Origin: Candidatus Acidiferrum sp.
Lineage (GTDB): Bacteria > Acidobacteriota > Terriglobia > Acidiferrales > UBA7541
Assembly: GCA_035517015.1 (NCBI GenBank)
Contig: DATIZQ010000008.1
Location: 4,440-68,439 of the forward strand
DNA: 64,000 nt
Direction of reading: 5' to 3'
The notes beneath the pieces were generated by a model. That model saw only the letters and a program-made list of their open reading frames with translations, was not told the origin of the DNA and made no database searches. This document shows positions 29,349 through 38,815 of this stretch, in pieces (the stretch's first letter is position 1; the number at the start of each line of letters is the position of its first letter). The translations under genes were made by a program, and so were the position numbers.

Positions 29349-32300
29349 TCAGAAAAAGAACTTCGCGCCAAGCTGAAAAACGCGCGCGCTGTTGGCTACA
29401 TCCGTAGGCGAGATTGTTCCAGCCGCGCCATCGACCAGACGGAGGGTGTAGCCGGCTCCGCAGGGGGGCAGGGTCCCTGCTCCGCTGGTCGGGTAGCAGA
29501 GATAGGTCACATTCGCGTCCGGATTGCCGTAGTCAACGTGATTCAGGAAGTTGTAAGCGTCGGCTCTGAATTCGAGCTTGAAACGCTCTGTGATGTTGAA
29601 CGTCTTGCCGATGCTGAAATCCATGTTGAAGAAGCTAGGCCCGTAGAGGCTGTTGCGAAGGTTGTCGCCGAAGCTGGCCGCCGCCGGATCCGCGAAAGCT
29701 GCGGGGCTAAACCAGTTTCCAGGCGCCTTTTGACCCGATACAGCGGCGCTGCCCACGCGAACCGGGAACAGTGTGCAACTCCAGCAGATACTCATTGCAG
29801 GAGTCAGCATGCTCTCGGTGGTGGAGTCGCCTATCACGGGCGTGAAGGGAAGCCCCGTGTGCCATTGCAAGACGGAAGAGACACGCCAGCCTCCGGCGAT
29901 CTGGTCGAGCACGCCATTGAGTGCGTGCTGGCGGCCGCGGCCGAAGGGGAGTTCGTAGAGGACCTGGCCGGCAATGAAGTGGCGCAGGTCGGTGGCAGAA
30001 GCCGCGTAGTTTGCGAGCGGGCTGTAAGCGTTCTGATAGACGTCCACGCCGCCTGAGCCCCAGCCCCGGGAAGTGCCTGTGTCGAGAGATTTGGAGAAGG
30101 CGTAGTTCGCCTGGAACTGGAGTCCGTAGGACATCCTCTTCTGGACACGGAACTGAAGGGCATTGTAGTTGGACCAGCCGTCGTAAATCATGCCGGCGAT
30201 GTACGGGAAATTCGGGTTGGGGTTGCAGGCATACCAGCCACCGGTACAACCGAGGTTGCTTTCCGTGGCCGCGTCCCAATCCGTAGTGAAGTTGAGATTC
30301 GTGCCGCGGGTGTACACATAGCTGCTATCCAGGAGAACGCTTCCCGGGAATTCATGCTGAACGCTAAACAGGAACTCCTGGATGTATGAAATCGGCATGC
30401 TGCGAGGATAAAAGGCGATGTAGCCGCCGTTCTCGACTTCGGGCGTCGAGGTTGCGAGCGTGGGGTACTGAACGGTGCTTGCGGGTGGGCCGACATCCAA
30501 GCTGAAAGCAGGGGTCGAACTGCTGTAGCCGAGGTACGGGCTGAAGGGATTCAAGCCGAGACCGAGCGTGCCGCCGTTTCCTCCGCCGTAGATATCGGCG
30601 TCGCGCGGAGCGTCGAAGATGCCGTAGCTGGCGCGGACGGACCAGTTGGGACGCGGAGACCAGGCGATGCCGACGCGGGGCGCAAATTCTTTGTAGACAC
30701 CGTTCTCGATCGTGTTCAGGTTGCTCACGCCGTAGGCCTTGTCGCTCTGCCCGCCGAAGAGAATGGCGCCGTTAAAAGCTCCCGCGTTCCAAGAGTTGGG
30801 GAGGTTGGGATCGAAGATGCCGAACAGGTTGTGCTTGACGCCCCAACCGGAGATCATCTGCCAGCGGAGACCGAGATTGAGAGTGATGTTCCGGGAGATC
30901 CTGAAATCGTCCGTGGCGAATAGAGCGGAAGTCCATGAATGGATGCTGGTGGGAACGTATTCCTGGACGTGCCAGGAGTAGACGTCGCCCGACAGGAAAT
31001 CCGCGTAGGGAATGCCCGTATAGGCTCCGCTAAATTCGAAATGGCCGGAGTCCAAGTCGCCCCAGCTTGTGTAGTTCTGGTAGAGACGGTCGTACTCGCC
31101 GCCGACCTTGATGGTATGGCGGCCGTGGACGAGGGTGAGGACGTCCGAGGTATTAAACGTGCCGTCGCCGAGGATCGCGTCAATGTTGCCGTTGCCGGTC
31201 CCTGCGCCCAGCGCGGTGGCGTACTCCGTTGAGCCGGAATCGATGGTGATATGCGGAAACAGGTTGGCGTCGGGCGGAACGTTCGAGCCGTAGGCAGGTT
31301 CGAGGCCGAGGGATGTCGGGTCGTTCTTGCCAAGGGACCACGGCTTGTATTTATCGAGTTCGCGGGCCTCGCCGATGCGGAACTCGTTCACGAGGTTCGA
31401 ACTGATGGTCCAGACGTGGGACAACTGGCCGGAGAGATTGTAGTTGTTGCCTTGCGCGATGGCAGAAGCGTCGTTGGGATAGAGCGGATCGGCCGGAACG
31501 AAAGTGGCGAGAGTCGGGAAATAGTTGAAGGTAAAGGAAAGGCGCTGAGAGGAGGAAAGATTGTAGTCGACTCTGCCGGTGTACCAGGTGCCGCGATTGG
31601 GGCTGCTGCCGTTAAAGATGTAATTGTAGTTTGTTCCGGGCGCCACGTTGCAGGTCTGAGCCACGGTGGGTCCGACGTTCGCGGGACCGGGGCAGCCGGC
31701 AATCCAGCCGGACGAACTGATCGCCTGGATGGATTTCTGCAGATTCGAGGCCACCGTTGAGTAAGTCCCTTGCAAAATGCCGTTGGCGTCGAAGAAGCCG
31801 GCATTCATTCCTGGCATGCCGTAGAAATCGCCGGCCTGCATCGCGGCCGTCGGGTAGTAATAGTTGCCGGTGACCGGAGTCGCGGAGGGATTGCGCTGAT
31901 AGGTGAAAAAGAAAAAGAGCTTGTCTCGCAGGATCGGCCCGCCCACGCTGCCGCCGTAATTGTTCCAGTGCTCGACGTTTTTCGGCTCGGGCGCGGGATT
32001 CCCTACGCTGCGGGCGTTGAAGACGGTGTTCTGGTTGTACTCGAAGATGTCGCCGTGCCACTGGTTGGTGCCGCTCTTTGTGATGACATTAATGGCGGCG
32101 AGGCCATTGCCATACTGGGCCGGTGCGTTGCTGGAATTGATGCTGACTTCGGACATGGAATCCAAGGGCATGTAGAAGTTGCTGCTGTTGTAGTCGCGCG
32201 GAGCGGTGGCGGCCGAGCCGTCTATCATGAAATTCATGTTGTAGGCCTGCGTGCCGTTGATGCCCACTCCCTGGCCACCAGCCGAGGAGCCGCCGTAGAG

Positions 32301-32816
32301 GCCGGGGTTCACGCCGGGGATCAACTGGGTCAACTCGCCGCGCCAATCGGTCCCGGTAATGGGTGCGCTTGACACCGCTTGCGCGTCGATATCCAGGTGC
32401 TGATCGCTGGTTTCGGTTTCGACGAGCGGCGGGGCGGCGTTCACGACGATTTCCTGAGTGGAGACGCCGACCTGGAGCGTGGCATCAATCTCGAGCGTGG
32501 TGATCTGGAGAACGATGCCCGAGCGGACAAAGTCGCGAAAGCCCTGCTTCGAGAACGTGATGGTGTAGTTGCCGGGCGCGAGAAAGGGAACGTCGTACAG
32601 GCCGGCCTGATTCGTCGTCGTGGGAGTGACGACTCCAGTCAGATCGTTCGTGATTTTGACCGCGACTCCGGGCATGAGGGCGCCTGAAGGATCCGAGACC
32701 GACCCTTTCAGTTCGCCCGAGTTGGCGTTCTGCGCGCTTGCGACGCGAGGTGCAAGACCCGCGATCAGCGCGAGGAACAGACAAATGCCGACGTACTTGC
32801 CGAATTTTCTCCGCAT
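29349..32816 (-). CDS. TonB-dependent receptor with an N-terminal carboxypeptidase-regulatory-like domain
   Basis: Signal peptide, a CarboxypepD_reg segment (GELKGSVSDPSGALMPGVAVKITN...AGLYDVPFLAPGNYTI), a long beta-barrel and a C-terminal aromatic residue (…LGAKFFF). The start at ATG 32816 is preceded by AGGAGG. Confidence 0.85.
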   Translation of the reverse strand: MRRKFGKYVGICLFLALIAGLAPRVASAQNANSGELKGSVSDPSGALMPGVAVKITNDLTGVVTPTTTNQAGLYDVPFLAPGNYTITFSKQGFRDFVRSGIVLQITTLEIDATLQVGVSTQEIVVNAAPPLVETETSDQHLDIDAQAVSSAPITGTDWRGELTQLIPGVNPGLYGGSSAGGQGVGINGTQAYNMNFMIDGSAATAPRDYNSSNFYMPLDSMSEVSINSSNAPAQYGNGLAAINVITKSGTNQWHGDIFEYNQNTVFNARSVGNPAPEPKNVEHWNNYGGSVGGPILRDKLFFFFTYQRNPSATPVTGNYYYPTAAMQAGDFYGMPGMNAGFFDANGILQGTYSTVASNLQKSIQAISSSGWIAGCPGPANVGPTVAQTCNVAPGTNYNYIFNGSSPNRGTWYTGRVDYNLSSSQRLSFTFNYFPTLATFVPADPLYPNDASAIAQGNNYNLSGQLSHVWTISSNLVNEFRIGEARELDKYKPWSLGKNDPTSLGLEPAYGSNVPPDANLFPHITIDSGSTEYATALGAGTGNGNIDAILGDGTFNTSDVLTLVHGRHTIKVGGEYDRLYQNYTSWGDLDSGHFEFSGAYTGIPYADFLSGDVYSWHVQEYVPTSIHSWTSALFATDDFRISRNITLNLGLRWQMISGWGVKHNLFGIFDPNLPNSWNAGAFNGAILFGGQSDKAYGVSNLNTIENGVYKEFAPRVGIAWSPRPNWSVRASYGIFDAPRDADIYGGGNGGTLGLGLNPFSPYLGYSSSTPAFSLDVGPPASTVQYPTLATSTPEVENGGYIAFYPRSMPISYIQEFLFSVQHEFPGSVLLDSSYVYTRGTNLNFTTDWDAATESNLGCTGGWYACNPNPNFPYIAGMIYDGWSNYNALQFRVQKRMSYGLQFQANYAFSKSLDTGTSRGWGSGGVDVYQNAYSPLANYAASATDLRHFIAGQVLYELPFGRGRQHALNGVLDQIAGGWRVSSVLQWHTGLPFTPVIGDSTTESMLTPAMSICWSCTLFPVRVGSAAVSGQKAPGNWFSPAAFADPAAASFGDNLRNSLYGPSFFNMDFSIGKTFNITERFKLEFRADAYNFLNHVDYGNPDANVTYLCYPTSGAGTLPPCGAGYTLRLVDGAAGTISPTDVANSARVFQLGAKFFF

Positions 32817-33029
32817 CGAGCCTCCTATGCCAGAACGCATCGCAGCGTTAGCGGTGACCAGAGACGCACGAACATGTCCATTTACGGAAGCCAGGATTTG
32901 GCACCGCCCTCACCCGAATCGACTGGCCGAATCTTAGGCCCGATGGGCGAGCTTGCAAATCAGACAAAAGTAGGATTGCACAAAGACGGGCGCCAATGGC
33001 CGGGATCGGCGCGCGCAGTTAGAAGGCCC

Positions 33030-35750
33030 CTACTGGGAGACGTCGATCAGGATCGCCACGCTCTGCGAGGAATTGGCGCTTCCACTGCCGGAGGTTGCGG
33101 TGGCGTTGGCCGTGACAGTGATGAGGGCGGGACCGAGCGGAGTGGGGGTGGGCGGCGGCGGAGGCGGCGGGTTGATGACGGAGGAGCCACCGCCACAACT
33201 GGCGAACGCGAGGATGCAGGCGAGGGAGACCGTCAGCGCAAGCAGGCGAACGGTGCGCCTGACGCGATCGGTTGACGATGTGATGCCGAGCGCGAAAAGC
33301 AGAAACAGGATCAAGATACAGAGGATTTTCGGAGCGGATGTGTCCGGCAGGCGCGTGGACGGAGCCGGCGCCACGCCGCTGGCGCCCTGCGTAGTGATTG
33401 TGAGAGCCGTCGTCTGGACGGTGTCTTTTCCGTCGAGTGTGACCATCGAAGGCGAGAAGGTGCAGGTGGCGTTCGCCGGAAGGCCGGCGCAACTCAGGCT
33501 CGCCGTTGCGGCATAGCCTCCCGACGGCGAAAACGTGATGACGGCAGAGCCGTTATTGCCACGGACGATCGTCAGTGACGGCGGATTTGCCGCGAGCAAG
33601 AATGACGGCGCACCGGCGGCGCCGATGTGGACCGGTACGATTTGCCACTGCTGAGTCTGGCTCGAGGCGCTCTGCGTTTGCTGGACGGCAAGGCCGCTCG
33701 CATTGAGATCGAGGACGAGGCCGCTGACGCGGTTCACAAGATTGAAGTATCCGTTTCCGGCGGAGACGATGTCCCATTCCTGTTCCTGCGACGTACTCGC
33801 GGACGCTTGTACGACCGGACTGCCCGCACTCTTCGCGCCTCCGGAATCATCGAGGACGTTCGGGACTCCGTTCTGCGCGGGGTTCAGGCTGGCGATGCGG
33901 AAATATCTGTCGCCATTGCTCGAGATCAGCCATTGCTGGTAGAGAGTTGCCATCCCAGTGTCGGCGGCGGTGTCCAAGGATGCGCCCGGGGCCGACGAAC
34001 CCTGCTGGGCTTCGAGGATGTCGCCGTTCGAGAGATTGACGAGCTTGTACGCGAGCGACGCGTCGAACTTGCCCCCGAGCGCATCGACGCCCGGCAGGAG
34101 CGCGGAGTAATTCGAGGCGTTCACGTTGGTGGTCCCGGACGTGTCCGCGTTTTCGAAGAGAGTGAGGCCATTCCACGCGTAGATCGCGTTCGGGAGATTA
34201 TCGCCGTTGAGGAAGCCGCCGGCCGGATTCGGAATGTTGACGCCGGCAGGATCCCAATACTCCATGCCCATGGCGAGATTGTTTGGGACGCTGCGCAGCA
34301 CGGAGTCGAGGTCTATCAGGAATTGCCGCTGCACGGCTTCGGTGAGCGGCGAGTACCAGGGATCGTTCGATCCAAAGCCGTTTTCGTAGTGTTCGCCGAC
34401 TTCGATGAGGAAAATCGGCTTGTTGATTGTGCCGGCGGCTTGGTTCAAGACCGTCTGTTCCACCGGCTTATTGCCGGGATTCGACGCGGCCGCCTGCGCG
34501 GCAGTCAACGGGCCGTGATAGAGAGGGTAGTAACTCTGGCAGATCGCGTCGTAGGGAATGGAATTGGAATTCGCCTCGGTGAAAAGCTGCGTGAGGTTCC
34601 ACGCCGGCGTGATGTGGATGCAGAGAAGCGGCGCCGGAATGGCGGGACCGATGGAAGTGTCCGCGGCAGCGGCGCGAACGGCGTTCATCGCGGTGATCTG
34701 GAGCTGGGAGAAATTGGCGAAGCTGGCGCCGGGATCGTTTCCGTTCAAGAAGCCGGTGTCCACTTCGTTGCCGATGGCGACGAGATCGGGCATCACGCCG
34801 GCGCTGCGATAGCTCTCGATTTCCTGGAAGACGTAATTGTAGAGGTCGGTCTGGAGTTGTGCGAAGGAATCGTTCGCCCACGCGGCGGGCATCGAGGAGG
34901 AGCTGCCGCCGTCGAACAGGAGCGTGAGCTCGATGGTCAATCCGAGGTTCTTCGCGCGCCTGGCAAGATCCAAATCCTGGGCATCCGTTTCGGCGTAGCA
35001 GAGATTTTGGATGCATGGGCCGCTGGAAGGCTGGGTGGCGTAGGGCGGCATCGAGGTCGGACGCAGGCGGACGGTGTTCAGGCCGTGATTCCTGAGCATC
35101 AGCAGCAAGTCCTGCGGATTGCCGGCGTCTTTCCACCATGTCAATCCCTGCGAGACGCGCGCGGCCTCCTGCTTTTCGAGCAGGGCGTTGTCGACTCCGC
35201 GAAGAAAGACGGGGCGCAACAGCCACTGCTGAGATTGCGTCGCAGCCCCGCTCAGAGATGATTGGTCGAGCCAGGCGCCCGCGCCAGCGGCGGGCTGCGA
35301 AGAGACGTCGAGCACGAGGGCCGTTCCCTGATTCTGAACCGTGTAATAGCCGTTCGCGGTGGGATTGAGGGACCACTGCTGCGTCGCGGTGGCGGCGCAC
35401 GGGTTCTGGACCGACCAAGTGGTCTGACCCGAGACGGATGCGTCAAGGCAGAGGCCGTTAAAGATGTTCGAGATCTTCCACGAGCCGTTGGTGAGTTGCG
35501 TCAACGCCCATCGCTGAGAGAGAGATGTGAAGCTGCGCTGCTGTTGCAGAATGTGGTCGCCGGCGGCGGTTGAGCCGCTGTTCAAATCGGCCTGAAGGCC
35601 ATCCGACTGGTTGATGAGGTAGTAGGTCTCGCCATTCAACGGGCTGACGTCTGTCGGCGGGGGCGGCTGCTGGGCAGCGAGCGAGGCGCCATAAAGGAGA
35701 AGCGCGAACAAAACTGTCCGGCAAGCGTAGAGCAGACATGTGCGGAGCAT
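33030..35750 (-). CDS. Large secreted multidomain glycosidase: ricin-B lectin + GH53-like catalytic domain + ricin-B lectin + Ig-like region + hydrophobic C-terminal segments
   Basis: Q-x-W ricin motifs (QRWAL, QQWSL, QQWLL, QEWDI, QQWQI). GH53-like blocks are NTVRLR, VAIGNEVDTG, IFLIEVGE and CQSYYPLYHG. The start is uncertain (ATG 35750 or 35795). Confidence 0.75.
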   Translation of the reverse strand: MLRTCLLYACRTVLFALLLYGASLAAQQPPPPTDVSPLNGETYYLINQSDGLQADLNSGSTAAGDHILQQQRSFTSLSQRWALTQLTNGSWKISNIFNGLCLDASVSGQTTWSVQNPCAATATQQWSLNPTANGYYTVQNQGTALVLDVSSQPAAGAGAWLDQSSLSGAATQSQQWLLRPVFLRGVDNALLEKQEAARVSQGLTWWKDAGNPQDLLLMLRNHGLNTVRLRPTSMPPYATQPSSGPCIQNLCYAETDAQDLDLARRAKNLGLTIELTLLFDGGSSSSMPAAWANDSFAQLQTDLYNYVFQEIESYRSAGVMPDLVAIGNEVDTGFLNGNDPGASFANFSQLQITAMNAVRAAAADTSIGPAIPAPLLCIHITPAWNLTQLFTEANSNSIPYDAICQSYYPLYHGPLTAAQAAASNPGNKPVEQTVLNQAAGTINKPIFLIEVGEHYENGFGSNDPWYSPLTEAVQRQFLIDLDSVLRSVPNNLAMGMEYWDPAGVNIPNPAGGFLNGDNLPNAIYAWNGLTLFENADTSGTTNVNASNYSALLPGVDALGGKFDASLAYKLVNLSNGDILEAQQGSSAPGASLDTAADTGMATLYQQWLISSNGDRYFRIASLNPAQNGVPNVLDDSGGAKSAGSPVVQASASTSQEQEWDIVSAGNGYFNLVNRVSGLVLDLNASGLAVQQTQSASSQTQQWQIVPVHIGAAGAPSFLLAANPPSLTIVRGNNGSAVITFSPSGGYAATASLSCAGLPANATCTFSPSMVTLDGKDTVQTTALTITTQGASGVAPAPSTRLPDTSAPKILCILILFLLFALGITSSTDRVRRTVRLLALTVSLACILAFASCGGGSSVINPPPPPPPTPTPLGPALITVTANATATSGSGSANSSQSVAILIDVSQ

Positions 35751-36022
35751 TCGCTTCCTATTGCGAGGAGGCCGCAACTCGGCAAAGTGGCGCATCGCAC
35801 CGCCCAACCCGTCGGTATCTACCCTTCTAGACGCACCCGCTATCCTATGCACGCGCGCGCGCGCTGACACCCGTCGAAAGTCGGATACGACCCGGCAAAG
35901 GCCAGAGGCGAGTGAGCCAGGGCGCCTCGCCCTGGCCGCAGCCCGTCTTCCGGTTTCCACCGCCTGATTCGGCACACAACAGTATTCCCAGCGTGCTTCC
36001 GTGCAGTACAATCCGGCCCGGC

Positions 36023-37135
36023 ATGAAACTCAGGCGGACTTTCATCATTGTGACGTTCTGGGCGCTCTTGGCGACCGGCGCGCGCGCGCAATCACTCACT
36101 CCGGACGGAGCGCAGCAGTTCGCATCGTTCGGGGATTTTAGATTGGTGAGCGGCGCCGTGATTCACGACTTCCGGCTCGGCTACCGGACCATCGGGAAAC
36201 TCAATGGAGATCGCTCGAACGCAATTCTCTGTCCCACATGGCTCGGCGGCCGGTCGGAGAACTTGCTTGCGCTCGCAAAGCCAGGCGACTGGCTCGACCC
36301 GGACAGATACTACGTGGTGTTCATCGACGCGATCGGCGACGGCGTGACGACTTCGCCCTCGAACAGCAAGGCGCAACCGCTCATGGCATTCCCCGAATTC
36401 ACGATTCGGGACATGGTGGAATCGGAGCATCGTTTGGCGGTGGAGGTGCTCCATCTCTCGCATGTCCATGCCGTGATGGGTATTTCGATGGGCGGTATGC
36501 AAACGTTCGAGTGGGCCGTCGCTTATCCCGACTTCATGGACGAAGCGATTCCGATCGTCGGATCGCCGCAGTCGACTTCCTACGATAAGCTGCTTTGGAC
36601 TTGCCAGATCGACGCGCTCGAGCTTGATCCAGCGTGGAACGGCGGGAAACCGACGGGTTCAATGGCCCGCGGATTCGCCCTGGAGAACGAAATCGGCACG
36701 ATGAACTCCACGTCCCCCACCCAGCGCGTGCGTCAGACGAGTCCGAAGGATTTCGGCGCGTTCCTCGCGCAAGAACGGCAAGTCCAGGGGCGCGATGGCG
36801 GCACAGCGGCCGACCACATTCGGCAGAGGCAGGCCATCATGAGCCTGGACGTCGCCAGCGAATTCGGGGGCACGCTGGAAGAGGCGGCCAAGCGCGTGCA
36901 TGCCCGGCTGCTGGTGACGGTGTCGCCCGAGGACCACGTGGTGAATCCGACGACTGCGCTCGCGTTTGCAAACGCAATTGGTGCGCCCGTGATATTGCTC
37001 GATTCGCCGTGCGGACACGCAAGCCCGAGCTGCATCTCCGCGGGAGCGGTAATCACGCAGTTTCTGGAGAATCCGTCGTCGGTGCGCAGCCAGACCCTGC
37101 ACGAGGCACCGGGCTCAAGTCCCAAAGTCAATTAG
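36023..37135 (+). CDS. Secreted alpha/beta hydrolase of the homoserine O-acetyltransferase (MetX)-like family
   Basis: Signal peptide [23 protein letters not shown]. Nucleophile elbow is [12 protein letters not shown], with the overall MetX-like block order. Confidence 0.7.
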   Translation: MKLRRTFIIVTFWALLATGARAQSLTPDGAQQFASFGDFRLVSGAVIHDFRLGYRTIGKLNGDRSNAILCPTWLGGRSENLLALAKPGDWLDPDRYYVVFIDAIGDGVTTSPSNSKAQPLMAFPEFTIRDMVESEHRLAVEVLHLSHVHAVMGISMGGMQTFEWAVAYPDFMDEAIPIVGSPQSTSYDKLLWTCQIDALELDPAWNGGKPTGSMARGFALENEIGTMNSTSPTQRVRQTSPKDFGAFLAQERQVQGRDGGTAADHIRQRQAIMSLDVASEFGGTLEEAAKRVHARLLVTVSPEDHVVNPTTALAFANAIGAPVILLDSPCGHASPSCISAGAVITQFLENPSSVRSQTLHEAPGSSPKVN

Positions 37136-37161
37136 GACAAGCGCTGACGCCACCTCCACGG

Positions 37162-38055
37162 ATGAAAGCCAGCACAATCGTAATCGTGAATCCCGCGGCC
37201 GGTGGCGGACTCGCGCGCAAGAGTGCGCCTGCCGTTGAAGACTACCTTAAGAGCCAGGGCTTGCGCGTTGAGCTCTCGGAATCGAAAAACCCGGAGGACC
37301 TGCGTGACCGGGCAGCCCGCGCGGCGGCTTCCGGCTTTCAGCACGTAGTCGCGCTGGGTGGCGACGGCACCTTCCAGAAGGTGGTGGAGGGAATCCTGGG
37401 AACAAAAGCCGTCGCGGGGTTCTTTCCCGCCGGCAATGGAAACGACATGGCGCGCGCCCTTGGGATTCCGCGCGATCCCGTACGCGCCGCAGACGCCTTT
37501 CTGCATTCGCGTCCGCGAGCGATCGACATGGTCCGCGCGCGACTATCCGGCGGCCGCCACGCGCATTACATCTGCGCGGGAGGAATGGGCCTTGATGCCG
37601 AGGCCGCTTACCTTGCAAACACGCGCTTCAAGGACTTGCCGGGAGCGAGCCGCTACCTCGCGGGCGCCCTGCGGTCCTTTTTCGATGGCGCGGCATTCGA
37701 TCTCAGCGCGGAGATTGACGGGACGAAATGGTTCGGGCGAGCGATGCTGGCAGTCGTCGCGAATGCCCCGTGGTATGGCTCCGGCTTTTGCATCGCCCCG
37801 CGCGCGGAAGTCGACGACGGCTGGCTTGACGTTGTTCTCGTTCGAGAAGTGACGTGGACACGCCTCTTCGAAGCGGTCCCGATTCTTCTCACTTCGGGCG
37901 ATCTTCAGTTCGAGGAAGTGGAACGCTTCCGCTGCTGGCGGCTCAAGCTCGAGACGGATCGGCCCGTGAAAGTGCACGGGGACGGCGAACTGCTCGGTGA
38001 GTCGCCTGCGGAGTTCGAAATCCTTCCGCGAGCGGTCCGCGTCATGATTCCTTAG
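37162..38055 (+). CDS. Diacylglycerol/lipid kinase family protein (YegS/BmrU-like)
   Basis: IVNPAAGGG at the N-terminus and VVALGGDGTF (DAGK catalytic motif). The start is set at ATG 37162 inside the longer ORF 36634-38055. Confidence 0.8.
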   Translation: MKASTIVIVNPAAGGGLARKSAPAVEDYLKSQGLRVELSESKNPEDLRDRAARAAASGFQHVVALGGDGTFQKVVEGILGTKAVAGFFPAGNGNDMARALGIPRDPVRAADAFLHSRPRAIDMVRARLSGGRHAHYICAGGMGLDAEAAYLANTRFKDLPGASRYLAGALRSFFDGAAFDLSAEIDGTKWFGRAMLAVVANAPWYGSGFCIAPRAEVDDGWLDVVLVREVTWTRLFEAVPILLTSGDLQFEEVERFRCWRLKLETDRPVKVHGDGELLGESPAEFEILPRAVRVMIP

Positions 38056-38492
38056 TGCTCGTTTTTCTTGTGCGAGAGCTTCAGAACCAGGTTGATATCG
38101 CGGCGGGAATCGTAACTCGAGATCGTACGAACGGCTGACATCAAGTCATTGTGCTCGGCGTGGATCTGGTAATCCACGTTCGGATCGAGCCCGCTGAACC
38201 GGTATTCTCCGGCGTCGTCGGCAATGTACGTCTTCACTCCCTGTGTCTTCACATTCTTCAAGTAGACAACGCTCGACGGAACCGGATTCTCGTCCTTATC
38301 GACAACGCTCCCGTGTACCGTGCGGAGTTCCGGCTCCTGCGAAGGCAGGGCGCCCGCGGAGAGGGCGCAAGCCAGCGCCAACGCCATCGCAAGTGCCAAC
38401 CAGACCGATTTCACGGCAAACGACGCAGATTCATGCTTCCGAGAGAAGCAACGCAAGAAGCCCTGGTGTAGAGAGATTCGGAGCGAGGTCAT
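38052..38492 (-). CDS. Small secreted carboxypeptidase-regulatory-like (single beta-sandwich) domain protein
   Basis: Signal/TM segment followed by HGSVVDKDENPVPSSVVYLKN...DAGEYRFSGL. It has an ATGA overlap with the upstream LysW-like gene. Confidence 0.6.
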   Translation of the reverse strand: MTSLRISLHQGFLRCFSRKHESASFAVKSVWLALAMALALACALSAGALPSQEPELRTVHGSVVDKDENPVPSSVVYLKNVKTQGVKTYIADDAGEYRFSGLDPNVDYQIHAEHNDLMSAVRTISSYDSRRDINLVLKLSHKKNEH

Positions 38493-38725
38493 TCGGCCTC
38501 TTCTTCCTCTTCCTCGTCTTCTTCTTCTTCTTCGACGCTCGACTCCTCGTCGTCGGTTGCCTCTTCATCCTCATCCTCGTCTTCGGAGAGAACGATCAGG
38601 TGGACCGGGTGCGTCTGAGTCACCTCGAGTTCCGAATCGCACTCGGGGCAACTCAGAATCTCGCCCTCTTCCACCTCGTCTTCGTCCAAGTCGATTTCAG
38701 CGTCGCATTCGGGACATCGCGTCAC
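38489..38725 (-). CDS. LysW-like zinc-ribbon protein with a long poly-acidic tail
   Basis: GTG start preceded by GGAAGGAG. CPECDAEI...SCPECDSELEV matches the LysW/ArgW amino-group carrier fold pattern. The C-terminal 35 residues are almost all Asp/Glu and end in Glu. Confidence 0.6.
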   Translation of the reverse strand: MTRCPECDAEIDLDEDEVEEGEILSCPECDSELEVTQTHPVHLIVLSEDEDEDEEATDDEESSVEEEEEDEEEEEEAE

Positions 38726-38815
38726 GTCAGGTCTCTCCTTCCAAGGACGAATCTCGCACGGCAGGGCGTATTATATAACGTCCGTGTCAAGCTTTCCTTC
38801 GCGGAAGAGGCCATT

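Noticed and set aside
28745-29371. 208-aa minus-strand ORF in the TBDR-TPR gap
   Set aside because: It is low-complexity and runs through repeats and a terminator-like hairpin. It overlaps both flanking genes' ends and has no motif. I treat it as non-coding.
33030-33263. Separate small lipoprotein gene starting at the RVRRTVRLLAL... signal peptide
   Set aside because: No ATG, GTG or TTG codon is available at the required position; the Val codons are GTC and GTT. An independent ORF is therefore unsupported, and the observation is kept only as a possible fusion.
33627-35261. 544-aa ORF on the plus strand
   Set aside because: It is antisense to the ricin/GH53-like gene, has low-complexity Arg/Gly/Val-rich composition, and has no start context or motifs.
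38243-38815. N-terminal 190 codons of ORF 38243-39262 (includes an FFLFLVFFFFF run)
   Set aside because: This part is the antisense of the poly-Glu tail and the carboxypeptidase-regulatory-like gene. Only the NUDIX part from about 38816 is credible.
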